Part shown: positions 48,848 to 64,000 of the stretch, piece after piece | Position numbering within the stretch: the stretch's first letter is position 1 | How the letters are laid out: each line of letters begins with the position of its first letter | Origin: Eledone cirrhosa | Taxonomy: Eukaryota | Length of the DNA: 64,000 bases | Assembly (NCBI GenBank): GCA_964016885.1 | Contig: OZ024753.1 | Span: 26,846,001 to 26,910,000, forward strand | Direction of reading: 5' to 3' | Made by a program: the position numbers and the translations under genes | The notes under the pieces: generated by a model | Databases searched by the model: none | Seen by the model: the letters and a program-made list of their open reading frames with translations, nothing else | Told to the model about the DNA's origin: nothing

Positions 48848-51800
48848 CTGTGAAATTGAAATAAAAACATTGGTTTCAAATTAGTGACATAGGAAAATAT
48901 CATTCTGCTGAAAAAAAAAAAGACCTCATGATGACTAAATACATTCAGACAACAACCAGAAGAAATAGAAGCCAATTCTCCATCAAATTACACTCTACCA
49001 TCTTAAATAATGTAGTTGTATATATCTGTAAAAGAGTGAGATGGTTACAGTTGAAATGTTTTTGATCATAGATCTACTCAATCAATGTTGATTTGGGACT
49101 ATTGATCACAGATCTGCTTAATCAATATTGATTTGAGACTAAATAACAACAATATTCAGGAAACATATAGCAATAGTTGAGGGGTCAGGGTAAATCGGAG
49201 TCAATTCTGTATAAACTAGGTGTAAAACAGTATCTGTACAGCGTTGAAGTTAGTATAGATTTGAATAGAAAATGGAAGAGTGTTTAGCTGTATCATAATG
49301 GTTTCTGATTTAGACACAAGGACAACAATTTTGAGTGGAGGGGAAAGTCGATTAAATCAACCCAAGTGACGGCCAGCTTGAGGCTAAACAGTTGATCCAT
49401 AGGGGAAGAAAGAATAATACTTACAACAAAAAAGATTTTAAAAAGTATAAAACTGTGTGTATGTATGTAAACATGTATGCAAAAAACACACAAGCTGGGT
49501 TGACTTTATATTTGTGATTCAGTAAAACAATATAGTTAAAATAAAACTCCAATAATCATATAAGAAATTGTCAAGCCTAAGGAATATTAGTCAGCTAAGA
49601 CCAACGTTACTTAGCCTTTATGAGGGTGGACAGTATTTCTTTTATTGTTACTTCATTTTCTCTTTTATCTTTTAACTACCTTTCCTTCAATACTTGCTTC
49701 ATTTCATTATTGATTTTTATCACTTTTGTTTTGCCTTGTTTTTTGTGCAAATGTGTAAAGTGGTGGCTAATTCAAAGCTTAACAACTAAATGCACTATTC
49801 ATACGTTAACCGTGTGCAATAAGGTTTTTGTTTTTTAAACGACAGTAATAAGACACTTAGGCATGAGAAACACACATGATTTTACACAATGGATTACACA
49901 AGCAATATACAGCTATCCCTTCAAGACTAAACTAGAAGGAAAAAACAAAAGTACAGCTCTTAATTCCTCCCCTGATGCAGTAATTACCCATTAATTAACA
50001 CCATTCTTTATGCTTAAAATCATTCCTCATTCCACAAATCTTTGCTTCCACCTCTTTCCCTTGAAACAACCCATAACAACAATAATTATATACAATGACT
50101 ATTTAAATATTATGTTCAATTATCTTTACACCTCTAGCTTTGCTATCATATAAATTCATATAAATTTAATCTACTTTTTGTCTTTTTCTTGGATTTTATA
50201 AACCAGACACATCTGATGATTTAAGCAGGAGTTGGGATTGCATTTAAAAAAATAAAATGAGCAGCAACTCTAAATTCAAAAACTATTAAGAATATTATAA
50301 TTTCTCAACAGATTTTATATATTTAAAAATAATAATCAGAATAGAATTTACGTTGCATAAAAAGTAGATCTCATGATTATGAAGGGAACTGAGTCTTTTA
50401 CATAAAAGAAAATATTAAATTTCTTGAACACCAATTAAATTATGAGTAAATTGAATTAAAAGAAATAACAATTAAAACCATACCTTTATATTAGTATATA
50501 TTGTTACTAGAGAAGGTATTGGGAAGATAAGTTGTACCTGTTTGCTATTTTGAATTGTAATTGGGGCCATTACACTGAATATAAGGAATAATTAGATACT
50601 TGTTAGGGGGCTATGAGTATCAAGAACAATTAAACTTGTGTGCTCAGACAATGACACATTAGAGTAAGGCTCCACTAACAGGTATAAGAATGTAGCAATT
50701 GGTAGATATAAACTATAGAAAACTCCCCAACATCAAAATATAACTGCCGAATAAATGAAGTCTTACTTAGAAGACGTTATGTATAAGGAAATATATAACT
50801 GTAAAACAGAGTAATATTACCAATAGATATATAAATCTGGAACAGTGGTTACTTTCATTGAGATTAAATCTCAATCGTTGCTTTAAACACAGTTTCAAAA
50901 ATAGAAATAATACTTCAAGCTTTCGGAATATCAAAAGATACATCTGAATTTATTGGAAAAGCTAATCATCTCCCTCAAAACCTTACCGTATTGATATAGC
51001 AGGAAATGATAACAAGATGATGAAATAGGAAGATAAAAGATGAAGAATAAGTTGGAAATATATTTTTATTTTTTCTTAACAACACAACTAAAATACACGC
51101 ACACAAACATACACACACTGAAGCATCTGAACTAAGGAAGCAATTTCATTACAGGATTTATGCATTATTCATAAATCTTAAACAAATCTTAGACAAAACC
51201 ATTTATTACATACAACCACAGAATAAAGTTAAGACCAAAATAATACAAAAACTATCATTGATAAGATGACAAAGAATTTGATAACAGCATCAATGATCAA
51301 AGTTCATTTTGTTATAATTTAGATTTTAATCTAAATACTTATTATGACTAATATGTACTAGTTTGAAAGTTTGGATGAAGAATAACAGATGGATATAACA
51401 TTTTTTGCTTGAGATAAAGAAATGAAGAAGAAAGAATAAAGATGCAAAGAAGAAAACATTAATAGAATGGTCATTGGGAAGTAAACAAAGACAAAACATT
51501 CCAAAAGTCAAAAGAAAAATCCCCTGAGTAAAAGAAAGGTTTATGAAATGAAATATGAAATTTAAAAACAAATGAGTGGTTATTTAATTTTTTTTTTAAA
51601 AACAATTTAAACTAGCTGAAAATAGAGCTTTCAGTGAGTTGTTTCGTGTGTAAGACATTTCATTAGAATCTTTTATTTGAATAGATTAAAAATAATAAAA
51701 AAAATATTAAACTTCAAACAAAAAAATGCAAATTTATTTTATTTATTTTACAGAAAAAATAAAATTAACAATGTTCATAACAGCATAATAGGGGAAAAGA

Positions 51801-51979
51801 GAGGGATGGGGCTAGAGAATTAGAAAGATCAAAAGGTCACATATGATTACTATAACAACAACAATATTAACAACAAGTTGTGAAGAGAATGTAGTGATAA
51901 CAAATGGTGCATCACATCACCAGAAACTTGGCAACTGCAACAAAAGAATCTCAACAGGAAATTCCATGAATATATCAGA

Positions 51980-52002
51980 GAGAAGGGAGAGAGAGAGAGA
52001 GA

Positions 52003-52061
<59 letters not shown>

Positions 52062-52208
52062 AGAGAGAGAGAGAGAGAGAGAGAAAAGAGAGAGAGAGAA
52101 GGGAGAGAGAGAGAAAGAAGAGAGGGTGAAGGGGGAGTGAGAGAGAGAAAGAGAAAGAGAGAGAAAGAAAGAGAAAGAGAGAGAGAAAGAGAGAGAGAAA
52201 GAGAGAGA
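51980..52208. repeat. (GA)n microsatellite
   Basis: Seen directly. Confidence 0.97.
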
Positions 52209-53833
52209 ATCTATTTAAAACAACTACAGTGAAATTCTATTTTGTCTTCATCTTCAATATTGTATGACAGAAACAAGGGAGGTGTTTAAGATTACAAACT
52301 GACATTATTAACAAAAAACAAACTAAATAAAATTCATCTGCTTAACATGACTAAAGATTGCAAAATAAAAGAGCAGCAGCGGCAGCAGTAGCTACACCAG
52401 CATACTCCACCACACCGTCCACTACACCCTACACCGTTTGAAAGAGGTTTACTGCTTTATTGCTTTATTAAATGACCATATTAAATGAGAAGGTGCTGTA
52501 TTTAGCTGACTGAGACCAACTGGAAAACAGACTATCTTATTAAACTGAAAATTCAATGTAACCCAACCAAGTTGCACTTAATTACTACAATAAATAAATG
52601 AAAAATTAAGATGAAATAGCCAAGCAACATAATCAGATTAAGTGAAAGTCATCAAAAGAAAAGAAATTTAATTAGAATAATCTTTGTTTTCTGTGAATCC
52701 ACTCTGTCTTCTACCATTTTATTATCTAGCTTCATATAGCAATCAATATACAGAAATCAATCAGTAGTTTTAAAAGAGGAAAAAAATCAATTGAACTAGT
52801 GTTGTGGTGTGAAAGCAAGGTGAATTTTGTTAAAACCACACAATTTGGGGACTTTGTTGAAGTCATAGTGGAAAGTGAAATTAACCACCACCACCACCAC
52901 ACACACTGCAAATCAGAAACATAGCTATAAAAAGCTTTCCTCTGGAAAAAGTACCTAGTTTCCAAATACACAAACCTCACGATATATCACAATAAAAAAA
53001 ACAGCTATAGAGAGGTTTCCTCTGGAAAAAAGTATCTATTTTCCATACACACAAACTTCACTATATATCGCACTATGATATATAGTGAGGTTTGTGTATT
53101 TGGATGAGTTTGTAAGGCATGGAGAGAAGAGGTATCTGAGGTTTGGGATTGTCCCTTCATCTGAGAAAGAAGAACATTTTTTTTTGTTCAAAAAGACAGA
53201 GGAAAAAAATTAGTTTTTTAAAATCCCTTTTGATACCAATCTACTTGAAACCAGCCTCCACCCCAGTTCTGAAATACAAATGGCAATAACTTCTAAGTTT
53301 CAGCTGGATGTTAATGTCTGTCGCTTATCTTCTCTTCATAGAACAAGCAGTGATATTTGTTTACGCCCCACTTAAACAGAAACCAAGTGGCTCAACAGTT
53401 AGACACATCTAGATGTGTAACTTACATAAAAGACAAGGGAGGGCTAATGTCAAGAAGGGCATCAGGCCATAGAATTTTGCCTAAAAAATGTTACCTAACC
53501 ATAAAGACAATGATGATGATGATGTGTTGTACAAAATAAATGAGTAAGCCCTAAACCTCTCCATGGTTAACCTATTGGTTCACATGGAGAAGTTTAGGGG
53601 AAATTTTGACATTTACCCCAGGCTAGAACAAATGTTTTTAATTGTCCTTGATATGTCCAGAACAGAGATTCTCAAAGCTCCGAGTGTTGAGAAGGTCCAG
53701 AGGGCGCTGGAGCCTTAGGAGGCTATAGAGGTGGTATAATAGTATATTAAATATCAAATGATACATATTATATATAAATATAATAAAATAAAAAAATATA
53801 TATTTATTTATACATAGTATATATTATATTATT

Positions 53834-54533
53834 TATTGCAGTAGATGTATAGGGAAATTAGACAGTAGAAGTCGCATTGATAGACACATTTTCAAATGCA
53901 GGCGTGTGCTATAGAAGTAGTGGATAGCTTCCAGTACCTAGGTGATCAGATTAGCATGGGAGGGGGATGTTCCGAGGCCATAGTATCTAGAATAAGGACG
54001 GGTTGGAAGAAGTTTAGGGAGCTGCTTCCTCTGCTGACGAAGAAGGGTTTCTCTCTGCGTACGAAAGGCCGGTTGTATGATGCCTGTGTGAGGAGCGCGA
54101 TGCTGCATGGTAGTGAGACATGGGCAGCAACTGCAGAGGATATGCGACGGCTGGAGAGAAATGAGGCAAGCATGCTCCGTTGGATGTGCAATGTCAATGT
54201 GCGTGAACGACCCAGCATGGATGTGTTGAGAGAGAAACTGTCTAAGAGGGATAGAATGTAGTGTGCGAGAGAGGAGACTGCAGTGGTATGGACATGTGAT
54301 GCGCATGGAGGATGACCGATGGGTGAAGAAGTGCCAGGAAATGCCAGTTGAAAGAAGATGTGGTAGAGGTAGACCACGAAAAACATGGGCGGAGGTGGTG
54401 AGAACAGACCTCAGATCGCTGAAGCGCACGGTGGAGATGACGAAGGACCGTGACAAGTGGAGGGATGCTGTGCTGAATAAGACCTGTCCCACCCTTGCAA
54501 GCAGGGAAAAGCGGACGTTAAATGAAGATGATG
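53834..54533 (+). mobile_element. RTE LINE 3' fragment with frameshift
   Basis: EVVDSFQYLGDQIS..KGRLYDACVRSAMLHGSETW..ERRLQWYGHVMR; frame break near 54240-54262; gatgatg tail. Confidence 0.93.
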
Positions 54534-56353
54534 AAATTAACAATTTTATTTATTATATATTATTTACAATTTGCATGTAGGTAGGTATCTCTGGAAATAG
54601 GGTTGGGGTGCTAAGGGTATTACAAGGCCGTGAGGTGGGCGGTGGCCCTAAAAGTTTGAGAACTTCTGGTCTAGACACTCAATAGTAAAAACAGCTGTCA
54701 ACCAGATAGCTGATTATGTAGTTTATATCTAAAAGTACTACATAATGAATATGCAGTGTAATTTCAAACTACAGTTTATATTATTTACTATTATATGTAG
54801 TAGAGTTTATTTTGAGGTTCACACCAGATTTATGTTCAAAGGACTGGCATTTAAACATCACTTTAGTATGAAATAACTTACTTTATAACATCATTTTTGG
54901 TGCCGATAAAGGTTACTATGTGTGTATGTGCATGCACATGTAAATGCACACACACATGCATGTATATATACACACAGTATCCTGCAGTAAGTACACTTTG
55001 TAGTAAACATTTTGATTTAGTTACTAAAAAAAGTGTATATTTGTTAGGAGAGGAAGGGGCATCGCATATGACCTTTCAAATTTCTATCCCTCTCTCTCTC
55101 ACACACAGTGGTGAGACAGACAGTCAATACTCTGTATATCAACAGAGCAATATCTCCTAAAAGATCATGAATGTTTGCAACAGAGTGAAATTTACTAAAA
55201 GGTATTCAAGAAAAACACTAGTATCATAGAACCAGGGGCAATTTTAGGCCGATTAGCATTTAAAAGAGTTAACTGGGGATGGAGGTGAGTGTCATTGTTT
55301 CTGTTGGTTCTCAAACTCTAGTTATGAAACAGAAAATGGCCCTCAAAAGATTGGTGGTGCCAATCCCACTACCATCAGAGATTTCACTATCTCAGTAAGC
55401 AGTAAGTTGTAAACATAGTGAAGGATACAAGAGACCACAAGAGACCAACAAACGCCCTCAATTGTTGAATGAAATGACAACAATAGATTATGGTAGCTGT
55501 TAAATTAGAAATATTTCATTAATGTCAACTGATTGCTTAAAAAGAGAGACAAGCTTTAGAAATAGAACCATTGACAAGAGAGAAACTTTTGGGTTGTTTA
55601 CTGACTGTGGATAGACAAGTATGATTAATTGGCTTGCTTAACTAGATAACCCACTAATGTGGGAGATCAACAGACCTACATAGAAGCTCTCCACAGGAAG
55701 ATGTATAGATTAATATTACCTACACAGAGAGAGAGAGAGAAATTGTGTATATGTATTATGAAAATTGCTTATAAAAAATATTCAAATGTATTAAAAAATC
55801 TTTAGACTAATATTCTATTTAGAATAGCTGAATGATTTCCAGCTACCAAATTTGAAACTTTAGTATTCAACTCAATTTACATTCAAACTAGTCAGAATTC
55901 ATGATATTCATTTACAGATATTTCTTAAAAGGAAGGGCAGTCTAAAAAATGTGTTCATTAATACAATCTTTTAGTTGTTTAATAGAACATCAGATAGAAT
56001 ACTTTGCCCTTGCAGTATTTGTTCTGGCTCTCTGCTCAAATCTCACCAAGATCAACTTTGCCTTTCATTCTTTTGAGGTTGATAAAAAAAAGTACCAATC
56101 TTGTACTAGAGTCAATTCTCCCACCATATCTCTTTCTTAAATCCTCTCTCTCCTTGTATGGAAGAAATCAGCTGAGTTCAGATTTAGAGAGGATTCTGCC
56201 AGGTTTAAAATGTCCTAGAAACACTGTATATTATTTTTTTCTACACTTCCTTAATTAATGAGTCTTATTTTTAATACAGTAGATCGTAATTTGAAGATTT
56301 AGTTGTTACTTCTAGCAAGTTAAGCAACCACATAGTCTGTCTCCTTCATATAA

Positions 56354-56528
56354 CAGGCTTGCCAACCTCTAAAAACGCAAACGGGGAGTACCATGAAAAT
56401 AACTGCCCCAAAACGGGGAAAATTTACATAATAAAAGCTATACCCATTTTCACAAGAAAAGACATCTGTCAAACACTCCAAACTGGGTGGCAGATCTCCC
56501 TGTCAGACAGGGAGAGTTGACAAGTCTG
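56354..56528. mobile_element. hAT-like MITE
   Basis: TIRs CAGGCTTGCCAAC and GTTGACAAGTCTG; no clean 8-bp TSD seen. Confidence 0.55.
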
Positions 56529-56590
56529 ATATAGTGATGTATAATAATGTATATATGTGTGTTTGCTGAGACTAATTATATTTCATTAAT

Positions 56591-56780
56591 GGCGGTGGAT
56601 TGGCAGTATCGGTAGAGGGTCGGACGCCATGCTTTCCAGCATAGTTACGTCCCTTTACGATCTGAGTTCAAATCCCGCCGAGGTTGACTTTGCCTTTCAT
56701 CCTTACGGGGTCGATAAAATAAAGTACCAGTAATGCACTGGGTAATTGCTGGCCTTGTGCCTAAAGTAGAAACAATTAAT
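56591..56780 (+). mobile_element. full-length Nin-domain tRNA SINE
   Basis: A-box tggcagtatcgg and B-box gagttcaaatcc; core gcctttcatccttacggggtcgataaaataaagtaccag. Further copies lie near 55990, 57200 and 62630. Confidence 0.88.
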
Positions 56781-58039
56781 GTCTATATTTGTAAGAAAAG
56801 AGAGGGGGGGGGGGGCAACTAATCTTTTCTTTATATAATAACTCCTCTATACTTATCTGTTGAAGCTTTCAGTTAACCAACAAAGCATTCTTTAAAAAAA
56901 GTGTCTACATTCACTCACATAATTGAATGAATGAGTATATAAGAACAAGCTTAATAAAACTACTCTTGACATTTATGACAATTTTCTCAAGATCTTGAAC
57001 CAATAGCTTTCATAAAATAAATTTTGAATAAAAATAAATGTATTTAAAAAATTTTTTTTATTAACTATCATAAAAACCTCTAGTTATTTTAAATATTTAT
57101 GTTCAGGTCTTTTTTGTAAAGTTTGTAATAGCTAACACCTAAGTCCTGATATAAATGACTTGTAATATGTTTTCCAAAGGAAGAAAGGCAGCAATTTTGG
57201 AGAGACTGATAAGTGATTGATACTTTATTTTATCAACCTTACAAGGAACGGTTAAGTAGGATTTGAACTCAGAATATAAAGACACCAGAAGACTCCACTG
57301 ACACAGGCTTGCCCGCAAACCTGCTGGAGAGTGACTGGTGATAGTTAGAAGACAGCAAGATACCATTTCCCAATTCTGCCTCGGACAACACTCTGATGAT
57401 GTCAGTTGGTGTTGTCTTTTAAATTTGTGGAATGAATAACAGTTCTTCTGTTAATATGACAATGTTCCGTTGAAAACAATATAATATAATAAATAAGGAC
57501 TGGTGTTAATATGTTACTTTTGTGGTTAATACAACAAATTAAAGAGCCATAGTACAACTAATTAGCTGTTATAATAACAATTATATTGCTGTTCAATAGT
57601 TGTCTCATAGTAGAGAAAATTACACACACACACATACATTCACTCACATACTCACACACTAGTAGGTTCTTTGGTTGTTTCAAACAATAATTAAATGGGT
57701 GTAATTAAACAATAATTAACCAAATCAAATAAATAGCAATAAAAAGTGTTCATAATTAGAGCAGCAAGGGCAGAACGAGGAGTGAGAATACACATACAAA
57801 AGAAGAACTGTACAAGATGGATAAAAACAAAAGAGAGTAATTAGTAAAATAAGCAGTAATTTGTTTCATCACAACTAGGTAACTAGATTGTCCAACAGGC
57901 TTTGTCTATTTAGTGTTAGTTAAATGACAGACAACTATACATTGTATATATGTATATAGGTGTGTATGTGTTTGTGTATATGTATATACATATTAATATA
58001 TCTCATCATTGTTTAATGCGCACTTTATCTGTTACAAAG

Positions 58040-60410
<2,371 letters not shown>

Positions 60411-60900
60411 TATCGCTACAGATGAGAATTAAAAGCAATAGACAAATGAATCAGAGAAACCTTTTCAAGAGTTGGGAAAGTATCACATTGCATCGTACAA
60501 CAACGAGCAGCTGCCTAAAATGGATAATTACATTTGAGTGTTGTCCAAGTAATAATTAAATTGAGAATCTTATTCAGCGTTATTAAATTGATCAACTTTA
60601 CTATAAGTGCTGCTTATGGGAGAATATTTACAAAATCAAACCATGAAAATCAATTAAAGTACCACAAGGAAATTATCTATAGAAACTGAATGAATAAGGA
60701 GACAAACAACTGTAATTTCTGGAACAATACCAAACATGAATTTATAAACAAAAACATTAATAAAAGGCTAAAAACACAACAGAAATCTTTAAATCATAAG
60801 CTTAAAATGTGTCAGCAATAAAACCGCTTATATATGCATGTATGTGTGTGTGTGTATATACATATGTATATATATGTCTGTGTATATATGTCTGTATGTC

Positions 60901-60933
<33 letters not shown>

Positions 60934-61256
60934 GTCTGTGTTTATAGAAATATACGTGTGGGTGTGTACATAAATGTATGTACATGTGTGTGAATAGAAA
61001 TATATATATGTGTGTATGAGTGTGTATAAAAATGTGTGTGTGTGTGTGTGTGTGTTTATCATCCCATCATCATTTATCATAGATCCTCTGACGTTTTCCA
61101 TGATGAATATTTCATTGTTCTATCAAAGGAATATCTAACTCATGAATTAACATGTAAGTACATCAGTATTCTACAAACACAAGTACCCAGGTAGAATGAA
61201 CAGGATACTATGTGAATTACAGGTAAAATGTATCCGATAGACACAAGTGACCTTAA

Positions 61257-61467
61257 CGCTTTAGCATTTAAACCGGCCGTATTCGGCTAGAATTCTCTCA
61301 CTTCTTTCTGCTCAAACCAGCCGCTCAGACTGATGTTAAGGTATTGCTCTCAAAACAAATAATATCAAAATCTCATAGATTCAATATTATGTGAGATAAT
61401 GTCGTAAGATAAAGCCTTTACCACAAAAATACAATTGTATATATAGAGTAATGTAAATGCTAAAGGG
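61257..61467 (-). mobile_element. family A MITE (orientation Y)
   Basis: TTAA flanks and family TIRs. Confidence 0.85.
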
Positions 61468-64000
61468 TTAATGTAATAGTCAGGTAGGATGAGTATGATA
61501 CAATGTGTGACAAGGTTGGACCTTCGAATTACAAATACAATGTATCCAACAAGCTTCTACACACCTTCTGTCTACCCAATTTCACTGACAAAGTTTGACT
61601 CAACTCCAGGATATAACACAAACACTTACACAAGGTACCATGTGGTGGGACGACGGAGGAGGAGAAGAAGAAGAAAAAGAACAACAACATTCCTAAACAG
61701 ATATATATTTTTGTCAAATACAAGATTTTACTATCATCAATCATGACTGATTTGAAATATAAATATATTTCAAAATCTAAAATGACATCTAGAATCAACA
61801 CAAATTATTCCAGCTAAGTTTTGAATGTAAAATGCACACATCTTGCTAACGCCTCTCTTACTCTCTCCCTCTTTCTCATACATATGTGTGTGTGTGTGGG
61901 GGGGGGGGGGGGGGGGGGCATAAATGTATTAAGATAAAACGAGAGTCAATAAATAATAAAAGATTTAAAATTGTTTGAACTGTAGTTTTATGAGTATTAT
62001 AGCATTAGATTAGTTGGAAAATATAAAAATGAATTTGTTTAAAGATTAAATCAGCCATAAGATTTGTTGAATTTCCAGTTTAAAAAAATAACAACACAAA
62101 AATACAAAAATAACATTTAACTGAAAACATGAGATGAGTAAAATTTTTATCTTCAACAAATAATCTTCTGTACTAACAGGAAACAGAATTGAGTACAAAA
62201 GTAGATTTTTTTTCATTACAAAGCAGGACATATTAATAACCAAGATGAAAGACATCAAACTTCTCATATATAATAACATACTTCTTTATCCTGTGAATAA
62301 ATCAACTAAATGTTTTTTTTAAATTTTTATTTTCATAAAAAAAAATTCTTTTACAATCATTTTTTTTCTAAAATAGCCAGAAACAGTCCTATATGAGCTA
62401 GACATGGTCACCAGACCCAACTTGCCTCTAATGGGATAAACCCGTCTAACCTATGCTAGCATGGAAAATAGACGTATGATGATGATGTATGACTGACTGG
62501 GACGGTGTATTTGTTAAACAATTGTTTTTACAGCCCTTCTGCTGCTAACCATTCAATTGGAAACTGGACAAACTTATTTTTGTTTCAGTCAGCCATACTA
62601 CATTTAGCAAACAGTAAGTATTATAGATGGCGAATTGACAGTCGTTAGAACATTGAATAGAATGCTTTATGGTATTCACTCTGGCTCTCTGCTCTCGTCA
62701 ACTTTGCTGAGGTCAACTTTGCCTTTCATTCTTTCGAGGTTGATAAAAAAAGTACCAGTCTAGTACTGGGGTCGATTCTTCCTCTATGTCTCTTTCTCAT
62801 TTCCTCTCTCTCATTTTCTATCTTTCTCTGAAAGAAATCTGCTGTACTCAGACCTGGAGAGGGATGGGCTCCACCAGGCTTAAAATGCCCAAGAAACGTT
62901 GTATGTCAATACGGCACCCCTACAACTTCATCAGGAGTTACAGGACCATGCATACTATAATATATATGTAGTTAATGTCATAATATATAAAATACATTGT
63001 TTCAGATCAGGAATGATTTTTGTTGTATTATTATCTCCATACTAGTATGCCCATGTCATCAATAATAACAACAATAGCATTGAACATATTTAATTTTTGG
63101 AGATCAGGATTGTTATGCCACATATTCCAAGATTAATAGATCATACAATCATACAAACTGGGAAATTAGTGTTTTGATAAAATTATTGTTTTTATGAGAG
63201 AAACCCTATAGTTTATGTTGATTATTAACATGTGAAAGTGATCAAAGATAAGAATATTTTGATAATGTCTAAAGAACAGATGAACCCAATGACTATTTAC
63301 CTTTAGTGCACATAGCCATAAAAATACAGGAGATAGTGAATGAGCACATTGTAAGATTAGTTTGGGGTGTTGGACCTCTAGTTATTGTCATTGAAATTGC
63401 TCATTCAAAATCTAGTTTGCATTTACTGTATAGGACCAGTTTAGGAGTAATGGGCCCCTGGTTATTGTTCAATTTAGCTTAACATTTAAGAAAATAACAA
63501 AGCTAGGAAAACAATTTAAGATAGCATATAATCTGTTTATCTAATCAATCTTTGTTTAGGTCAGCCACATATCTCAGTTGTTGTACAGATTTAACAAATA
63601 CAGTTAAAACAAAACAGTAGCTACCAAGTTTAATGACTGTAAATGCTTTATCTGAATTAATTGATAACAATAGAGTAAATCATAAAAACATGATCGTTTC
63701 TTGGGCAAAATTCCAAATTGTATAAAGTGTGGCGATTAGTTCATTATACCTATAGTTGTTTTTGGTTGGAATAAAAGTGCTATTTTGATTACTTCTAATA
63801 TGTCAACTTGTTTAAACAAGCTATCAAAAGAAGTCTTTACACGGTTAATTGACTTGTTAGAAATAGCAGTCAAATCTCTCTAAAATATCACCTTGTACAA
63901 TATTTCTGAATACAAGCCAAAACAGTTACAGATTTGAGCAGAGGTTTGTTCAATTAGGGTTGAGTTGGAGTGAAACAAAAGTAACCAAAAAATGTTTATT

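Noticed and set aside
49605-49770. Purine-rich minus-strand stretch ending in a GTAACG donor-like site, as a possible upstream RNF220 exon
   Set aside because: There is a stop codon in the frame needed to join the 48847 exon.
51843-52232. RE-repeat protein ORF
   Set aside because: Translation of a (GA)n microsatellite.

Overview
AT-rich, microsatellite-dense animal genomic DNA. The repeat content (RTE LINEs with (TGA)n tails, Nin-domain tRNA SINEs, very long TA/TACA tracts) suggests a cephalopod such as Octopus; this is an inference. The one host gene I can support is an RNF220-type RING E3 ubiquitin ligase on the minus strand. I reconstructed 13 coding exons by hand (48847 down to the TAG stop at 4785). 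All intron phases are compatible, giving 1115 coding nt and about 370 aa; I found no 5' exons, so they probably lie beyond the window. One intron (10732-11646) has U12 minor-spliceosome signals. The introns and 3' flank carry about 15 copies of a TTAA-flanked piggyBac-like MITE, a second related MITE family, RTE/CR1/CRE/Dong-R4 LINE fragments, two tRNA-SINE families, minisatellites and several long palindromes. Some palindromes carry hammerhead-ribozyme-like half motifs. The long Y/I/C/V/M-rich ORFs in the supplied track are microsatellite artefacts.
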